A stretch of 64,000 nt of DNA from Bispira polyomma. Its lineage: Eukaryota. Location of the stretch: the NCBI GenBank assembly GCA_965649765.1, contig OZ287755.1:3410001-3474000 (forward strand), read 5' to 3'. Below, piece after piece: positions 53,135 through 64,000 of this stretch (positions are counted from its first letter, which is position 1; each line of letters starts with the position of its first letter). The position numbers and the translations under genes were made by a program. Under the pieces are notes generated by a model. That model was given only the letters and a program-made list of their open reading frames with translations. It did not search any database and was not told the DNA's origin.

Positions 53135-55255
53135 TTGTTGGTAACCATTCAATTTACTGTTTCCCATGCATCCCAAAACATGAGTATTTTAGATATGGTG
53201 TAAATTGTCTGAGTAGGGACCTGAGAAGATAGATATAGAAAGACCTGAGAGTTAATATTTAGGCTGACTCGAACATGATATTTGGGGAGAGTTGTGACCA
53301 CTGGTGGAAGGACAAATACTGCTCTCTGCATGTTAACAAACAACTCGAAGAGTGTCTGTAAATCTTGTTTTTGTAGAGCTGGTGTAAATTTTATGTAACA
53401 ATCAGTTGTAATTATAGGTCAATAAACAGGGCGTACTGTGCACTCCACAATTGTCCAAACGGATTGATTTTATATTCAATCTTAGTTGTTTTTTTTTCCA
53501 TTAAAATGCAAACACCAAGTCATGTTATTGTACTACACTCACCGTGTGGTAGACTGTGTATCTTATAGTGTCATAGTTAGACATATTTGACTGGGGTGTC
53601 AGTGAGTTCAGAGTGAGATTCATCTACATGAACATGGTCAGAAATTGACAAAGAGTGTTTCCAATTGGCCTGGTCTATTTACAATAAATATTTGACCTTT
53701 ACCCTAATTATTAAGAAATCACTGAGCAGAAGAGTGATAACATAATTTTGTGCTAGATTTAGGAAAATGTCTAGACTTAGCCATGTTGAGAGTACCGCCC
53801 CTGAAGTACAGAGCCAGGTGTAATCCATACTATTACACAGCGTGACATTGAAGCGGAGAGGTCTAACATCAACGACATAACAGAACCCTGTAGGACACTG
53901 AAGAAGAGATCAAAAGGAAATGGCTTGGCTCCAGTGAGCATGATGATTTGACCATGACCGTCTAAATCAGACTCAATCCATTGATAGACAAACCAAGAAT
54001 TAAGACATTTATAAAGATCCTTTGCAAGCCAAATACATTTTACATGACAAAGAGTTTTTCAATTATCACTAGAGAGGAAGGTAATACCTAATGAAAAATT
54101 TAGCGTTATGGAGACACAGAAGGCATTTTGTTCTTGGTAATTTTATATTCACAAAAGACAAACCACAAAATATCACCTGCTCCCGCAAGAATGTGAACCT
54201 GATCAGGACAAAGTATTGAAATAGAACAACTTAAAATAGAAGCAGCGCTGATGTTATTAGATTAAGTCTGTAATTTGATAGCTGTCTATAATACTTTTTA
54301 TGTTCTATTAAACCTGTGGGAATATTGTAATGTCCTAAGAAGAACAGTGAGGACAGTGATCTTATCTTTAGAGGTTGTTAACCCAACCCAAGAAGTCATG
54401 ATATCTAAAACAGTAAATAGTAGGTGGGTGTGGTTTAAGGTTTTGCCTAGAAAACATGCAAAACCATAGCATTAAAACCAGAAAAAAACACACACTACTT
54501 TCATATTAAGGCCTTAATATTTAAATTAGAGATTTTACTTAATGATGAGTGAAAATAAAAATAAGGGAGAAACAGAATAACAGCTGAAGTTGAATTTTAT
54601 ATATATTAAGTTTCGGAAAACTGTTACACAAAACAAGGCATAAAATTGCAACAACAAATAATAATATATATATATATATGATCAAATACACCCTTCACAA
54701 ACGTAACACAAAACATATACAAAGAAGGAATTGTGTACTAGGTAGACCAAAGGGGGTAGTAAGTTCGGTGCTGGCCTTAATTACCTTTGTTAAAGTCTAT
54801 TCTGGTTAAGTGACCTCAATTAGTGATTGGATGGCAGTTGGCCTATATCCCTCTAAATTCCCGCCAAAACCTTAATTACCTCACTTTAAAATTAGAATTT
54901 GGAAGGGCACAACGCCATTTTAGAAAACTTTCAATTCTCTTTTATTTGTGTTTTATTTTTAATTAGTTGTTTTTTATGTTACATTTTACAAAACTTTTAT
55001 AAATACACGAGTCTTGCTATATGTTATAGGCAAAGGATGGTTGCAGTGTGGATTTAGAACTGAGGCTTGCAGGCACCTGACTGAAGTGTTATTTGTCATT
55101 GCTTTGACATATGCGAATTTTGCTCTTTTTTAGGGCTACGGTTGAGGGCTGTTACTATTTGGATTAAATTTATTATCTATTTATTTACAAAAAGCATCAC
55201 AACCTCAACCTAAAATCCGCATGTCCCAAAGCATTGTGTAATTTATATTTACAGA

Positions 55256-56322
55256 ATGGCAACCCATGCTAATCATGACTGCCGAGCTTGCAAAACAAGC
55301 CATGAAAAACAATAAACGAGAACTGTCCATTTATTAATCAAACTCAGGATACTGACTCTAATGACACTTCTAGTACAGATATAAATGTACGTATTCTAGA
55401 AGAACTGAAAGGGCTGAGTGGTCGAATGTCGGCTATGGAAAGGCGGGTGGAACAATCTGAAAATAGACAAGCTGTGCCTAGTTCTACAGTAAGCCCAGTA
55501 ATGCCTGCCCCCGTGACATTCCCAGTGGCGGCTGCCAATGTGACTCAGGCTGTTCCAGCTTCCATGATGGCTCAGACTACCCAGGCATCTCCTGCAGTGA
55601 TGACGGCAGAAGACACGTTGGTCCCCTCCTTGGCTACACTAAAGACTTCCGAGTACCTCCAGAATGCTGTTGACTGCAGACTGCGAGACCTGGCCAACCT
55701 AAGTGAAAAAGGTAACTAGAAATCTCAGAGAGGGGGATCTGAAACTGTATGGGTGGAATCTAAGGTCGCTTGGCCACAAAATAACATTTTAGGGGGTACC
55801 ACCAAGTCTCGAACCACATATGATAGCCTTTCTATGGCACAATGGGTTGTAGGTTTTTGTTCTATTGTGAGAGATAAAAATAATGTCGAAACTAAAAATG
55901 CAATGTTGGACTATGTCCAAGACCTCATGGAGGACTGTCATGATTTTTCTTGGCCAGCTGCCAAGGGCAGCCATGCTGTTCTTCTGTGTCGCATGGAAGA
56001 GGGTAAAGTTTCCTGGGGGGAAACAGCTAAAATAGACAGAATCAGAAGAGCGCATGCTCAAAAAGTTGTCAACAATACGGTTTCCTCATCTCAGTACAGT
56101 AAATCTAGGGCTTATCAAGGCAATGACAAGGGAATCCCTTGTAGATACTTTCAAAAGGGTTCGTGCCCACAGAAAACAGATCATGAGACTAAGGGGCAAA
56201 TGTATTTACACATTTGTTCCACCTGCTTTACAGTAGGGAAGTCATTTCCACACTCGTCAAAAGATTGTCACAGAAATAGAACAGTTAAAGGGTTTGAACA
56301 AAACGTGGCAAAAAACGATTAA
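55256..56322 (+). pseudogene. Gag of copy D
   Basis: ATG at 55256 (CxxCxxxH start), a frameshift, then ORFs 55426-55719 and 55753-56322 in one frame separated by a single TAG (GN*KSQRGG). C-terminal Cys/His finger. Confidence 0.88.
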
Positions 56323-56343
56323 GGCACTGCAGTACAGCAGTGC
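56310..56343 (+). promoter_or_regulatory. Putative -1 ribosomal frameshift signal (A_AAA_AAC, 7-nt spacer, 7-bp hairpin)
   Basis: Heptamer 56310-56316 is in the gag frame two codons before the stop, followed by hairpin GCACTGC-AGTACA-GCAGTGC. The -1 frame is open to 56591. Confidence 0.7.
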
Positions 56344-58759
56344 AAAAGTGTAACGATCAAAAGGTTACTGGTCATACTTCTGCATATAGTACAGATCGGT
56401 TGAACTACTATAGTACTAAAATTGTATATAATGCAAATATTAGAGTCATATCTAGCGACAACTGGAGGGCCGACTGGGCCAGGTTTACAAACAAGTCTTA
56501 TGCCCAAGTGGTTTCTCAAAACAAGTATAGTAAACAAAATAATAAACAAAGTACAACCCCTGTCGGGCCTCCAATTGTTGCCCACTTGTAAAAACTCAAA
56601 TGTTTAGAAATGTATGTACAAATAATGTTGTCAGTTACAGGAATGTAAACAAAAATGTTAAAAGGATGGAAAGTCGCACCTCAGTGGAAGGTGTGAAAAC
56701 CCCAATTGTCCAAAAATCCCCTCCTCCAAGGTCCATGAGGAACAATGAACCAAGTCGCACCTCTTACAAAGGTGTGAGAAAAGGTGTCTTAACACTCCCA
56801 AACAATAAATGTAGCGAGGTAGGTGACGACAAGGAACAAGTCCCTTGTTACAATAGATTCACACCCCTGCAGGAATTGTTAGGTGAACATAGTGACACAG
56901 GTGGGAAAAATAACAATAATAATTCTTTTCAGTCAAGCAAATCCAAGTTCACATGTCACTGATAAGTATGAACTACAACTTCAACTGAAAAAGAAACACA
57001 GAGACGCAGTGTCAATGGCACGAGATAATGCTCTGTATCAGGCTTGCAATTCACAGAATAAAGAAAAGTTTGGTTTCATCCCACTGGGAGATACAAAATT
57101 ACCCACAGAGGTTAAGGCCCATTCACACTTAGTTGATTCTCTTGAATTACATGACATGGTCAAAAAAGATAGTCTACCAAATTTTCTAGGCGCCCAGATA
57201 CCAGTCAAATCGCAATTAAATGGTGAAGAATGGGAAAAATTACTCGAACATTACTGGGATCGCCAGCTCATTCACCTTATTAAGTTTGACTTCCCCCTGG
57301 ATTTTGACAGAAAGTGTACTCTAGAAAACAAAGGGGAAAATCATAGTTCGGCCATTCAATTTAAGAGCGATGTTAAGGCCTATCTCAAAGAGGAGAAAGA
57401 CTTCGGTGCAATAATTGGTCCTGATAAAGAACCTCCATTATCTGATTTGCATATTTCGCCATTCATGACACGTCCAAAACCAGAAGCTAAGCAGAAGAGT
57501 CATTATAGATTTGAGTTGCCCTAAAGGTAAAGCTGTAAACTCAGCTATAGAAAAAAGAACAACATTTGGGAACTCTATTTATCCTCACACTCCCTACGGT
57601 AGATGACATTACTAGAAACATAATCAAATTAGGAAAAGGGGCGCTTTTGTACAAGTTGGACATTAATCGTGCATTTAGACATGTTAAAATTGATCCGGCA
57701 AACTATGATCTACTAGGTTTACAACTAGATGAATACTATATCAACATTTGTCTCACCTTCGGCTATCGCCATGGGAGCGCGATCTTTCAGAGACTTAGTG
57801 GCGCCATAAGATTCAACATGACGTCACAGGGTCACAAGGTAATAAATTACATCGATGACGTCATAGGATACGGACTGCCGGCGACAGTTTCAGACAGTTT
57901 TGAGTTGCTGAAAGAGGTGTTTCACAAACTGGGCTTCGCTATAAGTGAGAAAAAGGTCGTAGCTCTAAGTACAAAAGTCGTCTGTCTATGCGTGTTAGTA
58001 AACACTGAAGAATTCACGGTTTCAATTCCAGATACAAAAAATTAAGCAAATCTGTGAAAATTGGAAAAATAAGAAATGCTGCACAAAAAGGCAGCTCCAG
58101 TCATTGCTAGGGTCACTTCTTTACGTTTCAAAATGCGTGAAAACCTCTAGAGTATACCTCAATAGAATGTTAGACACTCTCCGTAGTGCTACAAATGACA
58201 ATAACATTAAATTAGACATCACTTTTCACCAGGACTTAAACTGGTTTAATACCTTTCTTACTAGCTTTAATGGAGTGGCTTTCTTCGAACACAAACCAGT
58301 AACGGATGAAGTGCATTTAGATGCCTGCCTTCAAGGCTTAGGTGCGTGTTGTAATAACGAAGTCTAAACAAAAGAAATCCCTTTGGGATTAAAGACTATA
58401 CTATTGTCCATTTGGAAATGCTAAACATCTTGGTGGCTATCAGAATCTGGAAAAATTAATGGTCAGGAAGGAAATTGCTGGTACACTGCGATAACCAGGC
58501 TGTAGTTTCAATTTTAAACTCAGGAAAAACCTATGACTTGACCCTAGCTGCAATTACGAGAAACATTTTCATGGAAACAGCCAGGGCTGATATTGAGTTA
58601 AGAACGGTCCACATTTTAGGCAAAAGAAACACCACAGCGGATCTACTTTCTCGGTGGGCAATCACTCCCCATAGAACTGACAAATTAAATGTACTAATAA
58701 AAATTCCTACATGGCTCCAGGTGAAGGATGACCTACTGCAAATAGACTGGGATATTTAG
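56316..58759 (+). pseudogene. Pol (linker, reverse transcriptase, RNase H) of copy D
   Basis: Consecutive ORF fragments carrying DIRS-type RT and RNase H motifs. Confidence 0.9.
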
Positions 58760-58779
58760 GTATAACAAAAATTTTTCAG

Positions 58780-59420
58780 GTGCTTCAACCTGGGTGACTA
58801 GACTAGCAGACAGGGCAGCCAATAGAGCTCAGCAAGCCTTGCGGCTCTCTACTCAAAAAGCTTACTCTGCCATGTTTAGGGTATTCATAGCCTACTGCTG
58901 TTTTGCTCACATTTCTATTGATAATATCACTCCTATTTCGTTGCTATCATTTTTGGAAGTTCTAGTAGTCAATAATACTTCCCACACCTCAGTAGCCAAT
59001 TACTTATCAGCCATTAAGGCTCACATGTCTCTGTATGGCTTGCAAATTGGAGCATTTGCAGACCAAAGAATTAAATATTTTCAAAAGGCCATGATATTAC
59101 AAAAACCCTTCAGAGCCAAAATAAATGGTCTTATTAATATTGATCTATTACAGAAAATAACACAAACATGTGACTCCATGTATATGGGTCAAATACCTTT
59201 TAGCATTTTTCTCATTTCTTCGTATTTCGAATCTGGTTCCCCATTCCATTGCTTCATACTCACCTTTACACCAGTTGGCAAGGGCTGACATAATATTCGC
59301 CCCACCTGGTGCCCATATTATTATAAAGTGGACTAAAACTTTACAGTCAAGAAATACGGTCAAGGTAATCAAATTCCTTCTCTACAGGACATTGCTATTT
59401 GTCCAGTCATGGCCCTAAGG
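58780..59420 (+). pseudogene. Tyrosine recombinase of copy D (N-terminal and catalytic Arg/Lys region)
   Basis: STQKAYSAMFRVF, NYLSAIK, FFSFLRISNL, KWTKT and CPV motifs; no ATG at its start. Confidence 0.88.
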
Positions 59421-60149
59421 GTGTTACTGAACATTTTGGTAACAACTATAAACTTATTTTTCCACTGCAGCGGTGACGTCATATGTCTGAGAAGTATTGT
59501 ACACCATTTCAACAGTAGCCAACTACAAAATAATCCATAAACTGTTTAAAACTTTCACATATATAAATGTAGCGTAGCATAAGTGTAAATTTGAAACAAA
59601 TTCTTAAGGTGACAAGTCAGTCCCTGTCTTTGTGTTATATTTTACATATAGGAGCATAATAATTACATTTATAGGTGGATAATAAAAGTAAAATAACCCT
59701 CGTGCCGCATATTTTTAAATTTTACCACTAGTGAAGACAAACTACATCATCCTTGTCCTTACTCAGATGGTACTGGGTTGTATTCTCACATTGTAAAATT
59801 AAAAAATTTGAGTCGCTTGGGTAATTTTCTTCTTTTTTTTTTTTATGTTACAATAAAAATACTTCTCTGTAAGATTTCTTTACAAATATGATATTCTACA
59901 TACATTTTTAAATTGTATCACAGCACCATACAAAGTTCCCGCTGTGGCTGTTTAAAATATTGTAAAGCTAATTAACAAAATTTCCCTAACCAAAAAAAAA
60001 AAAATAGTACTTCTTGATATTAACTAAATATAAATTAACTAAATGTAACCAGTCATAACCTTTCGTCAAGATGTTACTAAACTCATAATTATATTTTAAT
60101 AATGGTGCAAAATGCAAATCTAGTAAATAACATACCTGTGCTACTGTGC

Positions 60150-60600
60150 TAAAATTCTGTAAACCCACAACCCACGGCAAGTACCTGGCAAACTTCCCCA
60201 CTTGAAGGAACAAACAGAATTCGAACCCATTCTGGTAAGCAGATGTTTTTAATCACTGAACCACAGCAGTACATTATCTGCCAATGACAACATACATAGC
60301 AAATAAAAGGCACGATTCCTCGCTCTAGTACATTCAACAGATGTATACTGAGATTCAAGATAATAATAATGATGGTTATGATGCAATGTCTGCATACCAA
60401 AATTCTGTACAAAATCTACAAAATGCTCCTTAGATTCTTTGTCAGCGTATGTCCCTATGAAACCATATTTTTTTCTGATTTAAATTTTGATCAATTGTGT
60501 GTCTTCTAGGTCTGATTTTTTTTAATATCTACGATTATATTATATAGTCTATGATAAAGAAGATCATCCATTAGTCGAAGGATTTCCTTTATTGATAGGC
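60150..60600 (-). repeat. Meta-like SINE fragment plus ~300 bp of flank shared with 47200-47660
   Basis: CCCACGGCAAGTACCTG.CAAACTT followed by colinear similarity to TCGAAGGATTTCC in both copies. Confidence 0.72.
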
Positions 60601-60854
60601 CAGTGACTATGAAGCTAACACTTCTAACCACTAGACCACTTAAGGCAGATAGTTGTTCACACAAGAGCCATATATAATGACAGTGTCCCATAGCATAGGG
60701 CCTGATGATGTATGATCAGGCAGGGAAACTTTGAGGAGTATGTTAATATAAATTTGATCATAGACTATATATTCCACTCTACTACGATAGTATCCGGATC
60801 TATTCCCATGAATATTTTGGGAAAATGATGAATTTCAAAGAGATTATTGATGAT

Positions 60855-61210
60855 TTAAGCACTGTTAAAATCCTGTTAGCCCTCCTACCTTGCTAATCAT
60901 GTTTCCATGAGTCACATTAAGAGGACAGAGGCTGTTTCTTTCCTCTGTAAAATCTACCAAGAGGGCGAGATCTAGAGCTGGTTCAATTGCTGTCGCTGTG
61001 TTATGGAATAGTCGCCCTCTTGAGTTTATATCGCTAGAAACACTTTCTTTGTTCTGGAAAAAGGTTAAAACCTATCTCGTCTAACCTGCTTACCTTCTTA
61101 GTTCCCTCTTTGTACAGTTCCACATCCTTCCTTACGACCGTGCTATGTTTTTGGATTTTTCTTTTGGTAAATTCATTTTGTTTTTACACTTTACATAAGG
61201 CTCGTTAAAA
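60855..61210 (+). mobile_element. L2 3' fragment, same family as 37008-38355
   Basis: LWNS, KKVKTYL and the 3'UTR block CCCACATCCTTCCTTACGAC are shared with the 37 kb element. Confidence 0.75.
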
Positions 61211-62289
61211 TGCCAAACACAATACAATTAAAATGTTCCATTGCCTTCAAGCTGAATTTCTGATATGGCAATCTCATTCCAACGCCTGGATGCAATTGCA
61301 CATTTGGCAGTAGTCATTTGCTTATATTATCTTGAAATTAGTAGTAATCAGCTAGTATGACAGCTTTCAGTATATCTGTTCCATTTGCTTCAAATAACTG
61401 CAAAATGTATGTATTACCTATAATGGCAGCTACTGGAAAAATGTCTTTTTCCAACTGAAATTTGATATGCGGAAAAAAGTAATGAATAATTTAGTGACAT
61501 TTCAAGGTCAGTAGGTGTCAATTATACCAAAGTCCAAAATCCTCCTTTATTAAATGGGTGAATACTGAGTGCTTTTAGGTATAATTAATTGAAACCATAT
61601 GTGAAACACTGACTTTGACGTGTTTTTTTTTTTTAAATTTCAGTGGCCATTGACCTTAATGGTCACGTGATAATTGGCTGGTAACTAGGTAACATGTGTT
61701 TTGGCGATAATTGTCTGAAGTCAACGTATATAAAGATTGATGGGAAGGGGTTATTTTAGTCACTAGTGAACAAAATTAATTCGGTTTCTTACAACAGGGC
61801 GAATGTAATTGTTGTGACTATGGTATTGACTTCTGTGGGGTAGTCTAGATAGTACTGCTAGGAAAGGTTTAATAAGGGTTCGTGGCAATAACAGTACTGA
61901 CCTGTGTTAACAAAAATCTCAAATCACTGCCACATTTAGTTTACAGAATTTATACATTGCACAAAATATGTGTTTCCCTGTGATGTGCATCACATCATTT
62001 TAGAATGCAGTTTAAATGTCACAAAAAGGAATTGTAACATGTTCCTTAAGCATCAATATGGGCAAACCTAGTATTTGAGGAAAAGTTTCAATGAAGTTAT
62101 CTATATTTTTATACTTGCTTTCCTTTTTGAGATATGTTTGATCAAAATAAAATTATGTTATCATTTTTATTTCTGTTTCAATGCATAATTCATCCCAAAG
62201 GAAAGTACAGGCATCACTCAAACAGCTGCCATTTACACAATGAGGTTTTTTTAAGTTTTTTTAATTGGGATATATAATGTCCACTCTAG

Positions 62290-62514
62290 TACCTGCTTAG
62301 GTTATATTGGGACGGGTAGTTGGAAACGCTGGAGGAAACACTGCATACAATCGGTCAAGGTTCTGCACTGAAACCAGTGGCCCACAGTAAGGAACTACCA
62401 CCTTTCCCACATAGGCATCAACGTAAGTCGAACCCACGCCAGCCGATCCCAGAGGTGAGAGACCAGTGATTGTGAAGTGCAATGCTTGCTAACCACTAAG
62501 CCACCGCCGCCCCC
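62290..62514 (-). mobile_element. tRNA-derived SINE, longer copy of the 24273-24430 family
   Basis: A box TGGCTTAGTGG and B box GGTTCGACTT; near-identical body to the 24 kb copy. Confidence 0.88.
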
Positions 62515-64000
62515 CACGATGACTTTCATGGATAGGGTAACTTGTGCTAACACTGTCTCTGCAGTGAAGTCTTATATTTCCTGCTACATTCTCAAGCCAC
62601 ATTAAGGTGCAATTGATATTCGAACCCATGACTTTGGAGGTAGGGGGCAAATGTGTTAAACAGTATATGACCAAACCCCCTACCGCCTACCATACCGTCA
62701 ATATGTGAACATAGCAATATTAAGCATTACATGTAAACCAAACAAACTCCACTGGATAAAATTGTAGTTAATATAATATAAAACAATATAGAGGGTGTAG
62801 TATAATAGGATAATATATGACAGAGTAATGTCTTCAAGCTTGATTAGTGTTTTCATGCTGTTTTGTACAGTGAAGCAGTGCTTCAATTGGCTTATGTTGA
62901 AAAAATACTGCCCCAAGTATACCCGTACTGGATCACTAGACAGGGCTCATTATATCACATTAAAACTGTCCAAAGTCTAAATGGAGGACAGGTAGTAAAT
63001 GTTTCATGGAAATAAAACACAAGGTTAGATATTGAATAAAAAATGTCTGATTTCCAAAAAACTATAAACTTAAGTTGCATCAATAATGTGGTTGCCACAT
63101 TGAATTTTACACCAATCCCGTAGTATTTGGGATAATAGGTCTGGTTGGAACTTACGTCAACAGCTTAGGTCATATCAAGACAACCTGATTCATTCATGAA
63201 AGAAACAGCTGCTGATAAATCCCAAGGGCTGTATAAGCAATCCTGCGTGCACTACTGACCTCTGGCCTATATTAACTTTGACCTGTTTAATAATTCACAA
63301 TGTTAAAACTTTCAGTTTGTATCTTTTCTGATAAAAAATCACTTGCCAATAAAGTAGATATCTAAATTTGGCTAGTTTTCTCATTTATTGGAGTAACAGA
63401 GCTAATGACAATTAAAAATAAGGGTCACCAAAGACATGAAATGACAGTGACATTCAAAAACTTAGTAACATACATTAAGTAATATTGCAGCTGGAATTTC
63501 AACTTTCATAGTATGTGACTAATAATTGTCGTTAGTCTAAGAGCAAATGTGCCTTTTTAAAAAAAAAAAATGCTTTAAAATTTGCATTTAGAATCCAATT
63601 TAAATTAGTTTGGTCAGGTATTGTAAATCTTAACTAATTTAATAGTGTTGTTTTGGTTTTGGTTTTGTTTGTGTAAATTTAATTTTTTTTTCTTGCAAGA
63701 TGATGGTCTATACACATGGTGTTTTGTGGTATTTTTGGGTGACAAACGTGGTCTATACTGAGAAGTCATAGAAACCTGATATAAGAAATGTTTGTTTTGT
63801 CTGAAGACTTGCATAATTGACACTTCTGGTTTTGGTGTGGAATTTAGATTTGTGTAGTGAACTTCATCAACCTCATCTAAACGAAAAAAATATGTTTAAA
63901 CAAGTGGCTTTTTCTACTAATTTACGTGGAAGCTTTTGAAAGTCATATCAGGCTCATCCAATATTTAGAAAAATATAACATAATTTTAAAGAAAGAACCA

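Larger units (their letters stand above)
54770..59430 (+). mobile_element. Tyrosine-recombinase retrotransposon, copy D; the most complete copy, YR 3'-truncated; 5' boundary approximate
   Basis: Gag 55256-56322; pol linker, RT and RH 56316-58759 (KLDINRAFRHV, FGYRHGS, NYIDD, LDACL, EMLN, CDNQAVV, ADLLSRW); YR 58780-59420 (LRISNL, KWTKT). Several stops and frameshifts. Confidence 0.95.

Noticed and set aside
55717-55719. TAG between ORFs 55426 and 55753 as a programmed stop or as two separate genes
   Set aside because: Copy B has a sense codon here (GKFKSQR), so it is most likely a nonsense mutation.
60695-60735. CTGATGA...GAAAC as a hammerhead ribozyme
   Set aside because: The CTGAT pairs within a simple hairpin (GCCTGAT/ATCAGGC), and stems I-III cannot be built.

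Overview
AT-rich eukaryotic (animal) genomic DNA. The SINE types suggest a mollusc or another lophotrochozoan, but this is an inference. Two intact spliced host genes are supported: a 2-coding-exon PGAP4/TMEM246 GPI-GalNAc transferase homologue (minus strand, 15582-17172, 412 aa) and a 2-coding-exon, two-TM protein resembling the KCNMB/TipE channel auxiliary subunits (plus strand, 40292-41983, 250 aa). Most of the rest is decayed transposable elements: four tyrosine-recombinase (DIRS/Ngaro/PAT-type) retrotransposon copies (~9.1-14.9 kb with an apparently perfect 2202-bp internal tandem duplication, ~19.8-22.6 kb, ~49.7-53.1 kb, ~54.8-59.4 kb), L2/CR1, Tx1/L1 and RTEX-like LINE fragments, tRNA-derived SINEs, MITEs and minisatellites. 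The most notable observation is that comparing the divergent YR-retrotransposon copies suggests a retrovirus-like expression programme. (i) A phase-1 splice donor at a conserved Gly codon in gag and a phase-1 acceptor just after the pol stop would join the Gag N-terminus in frame to the ATG-less tyrosine recombinase in three independent copies. (ii) Gag-Pol appears to be made by recoding: an A_AAA_AAC + hairpin -1 frameshift signal in one lineage and an in-frame CAA-TAG-G readthrough arrangement in another. These are sequence-based predictions that have not been tested.
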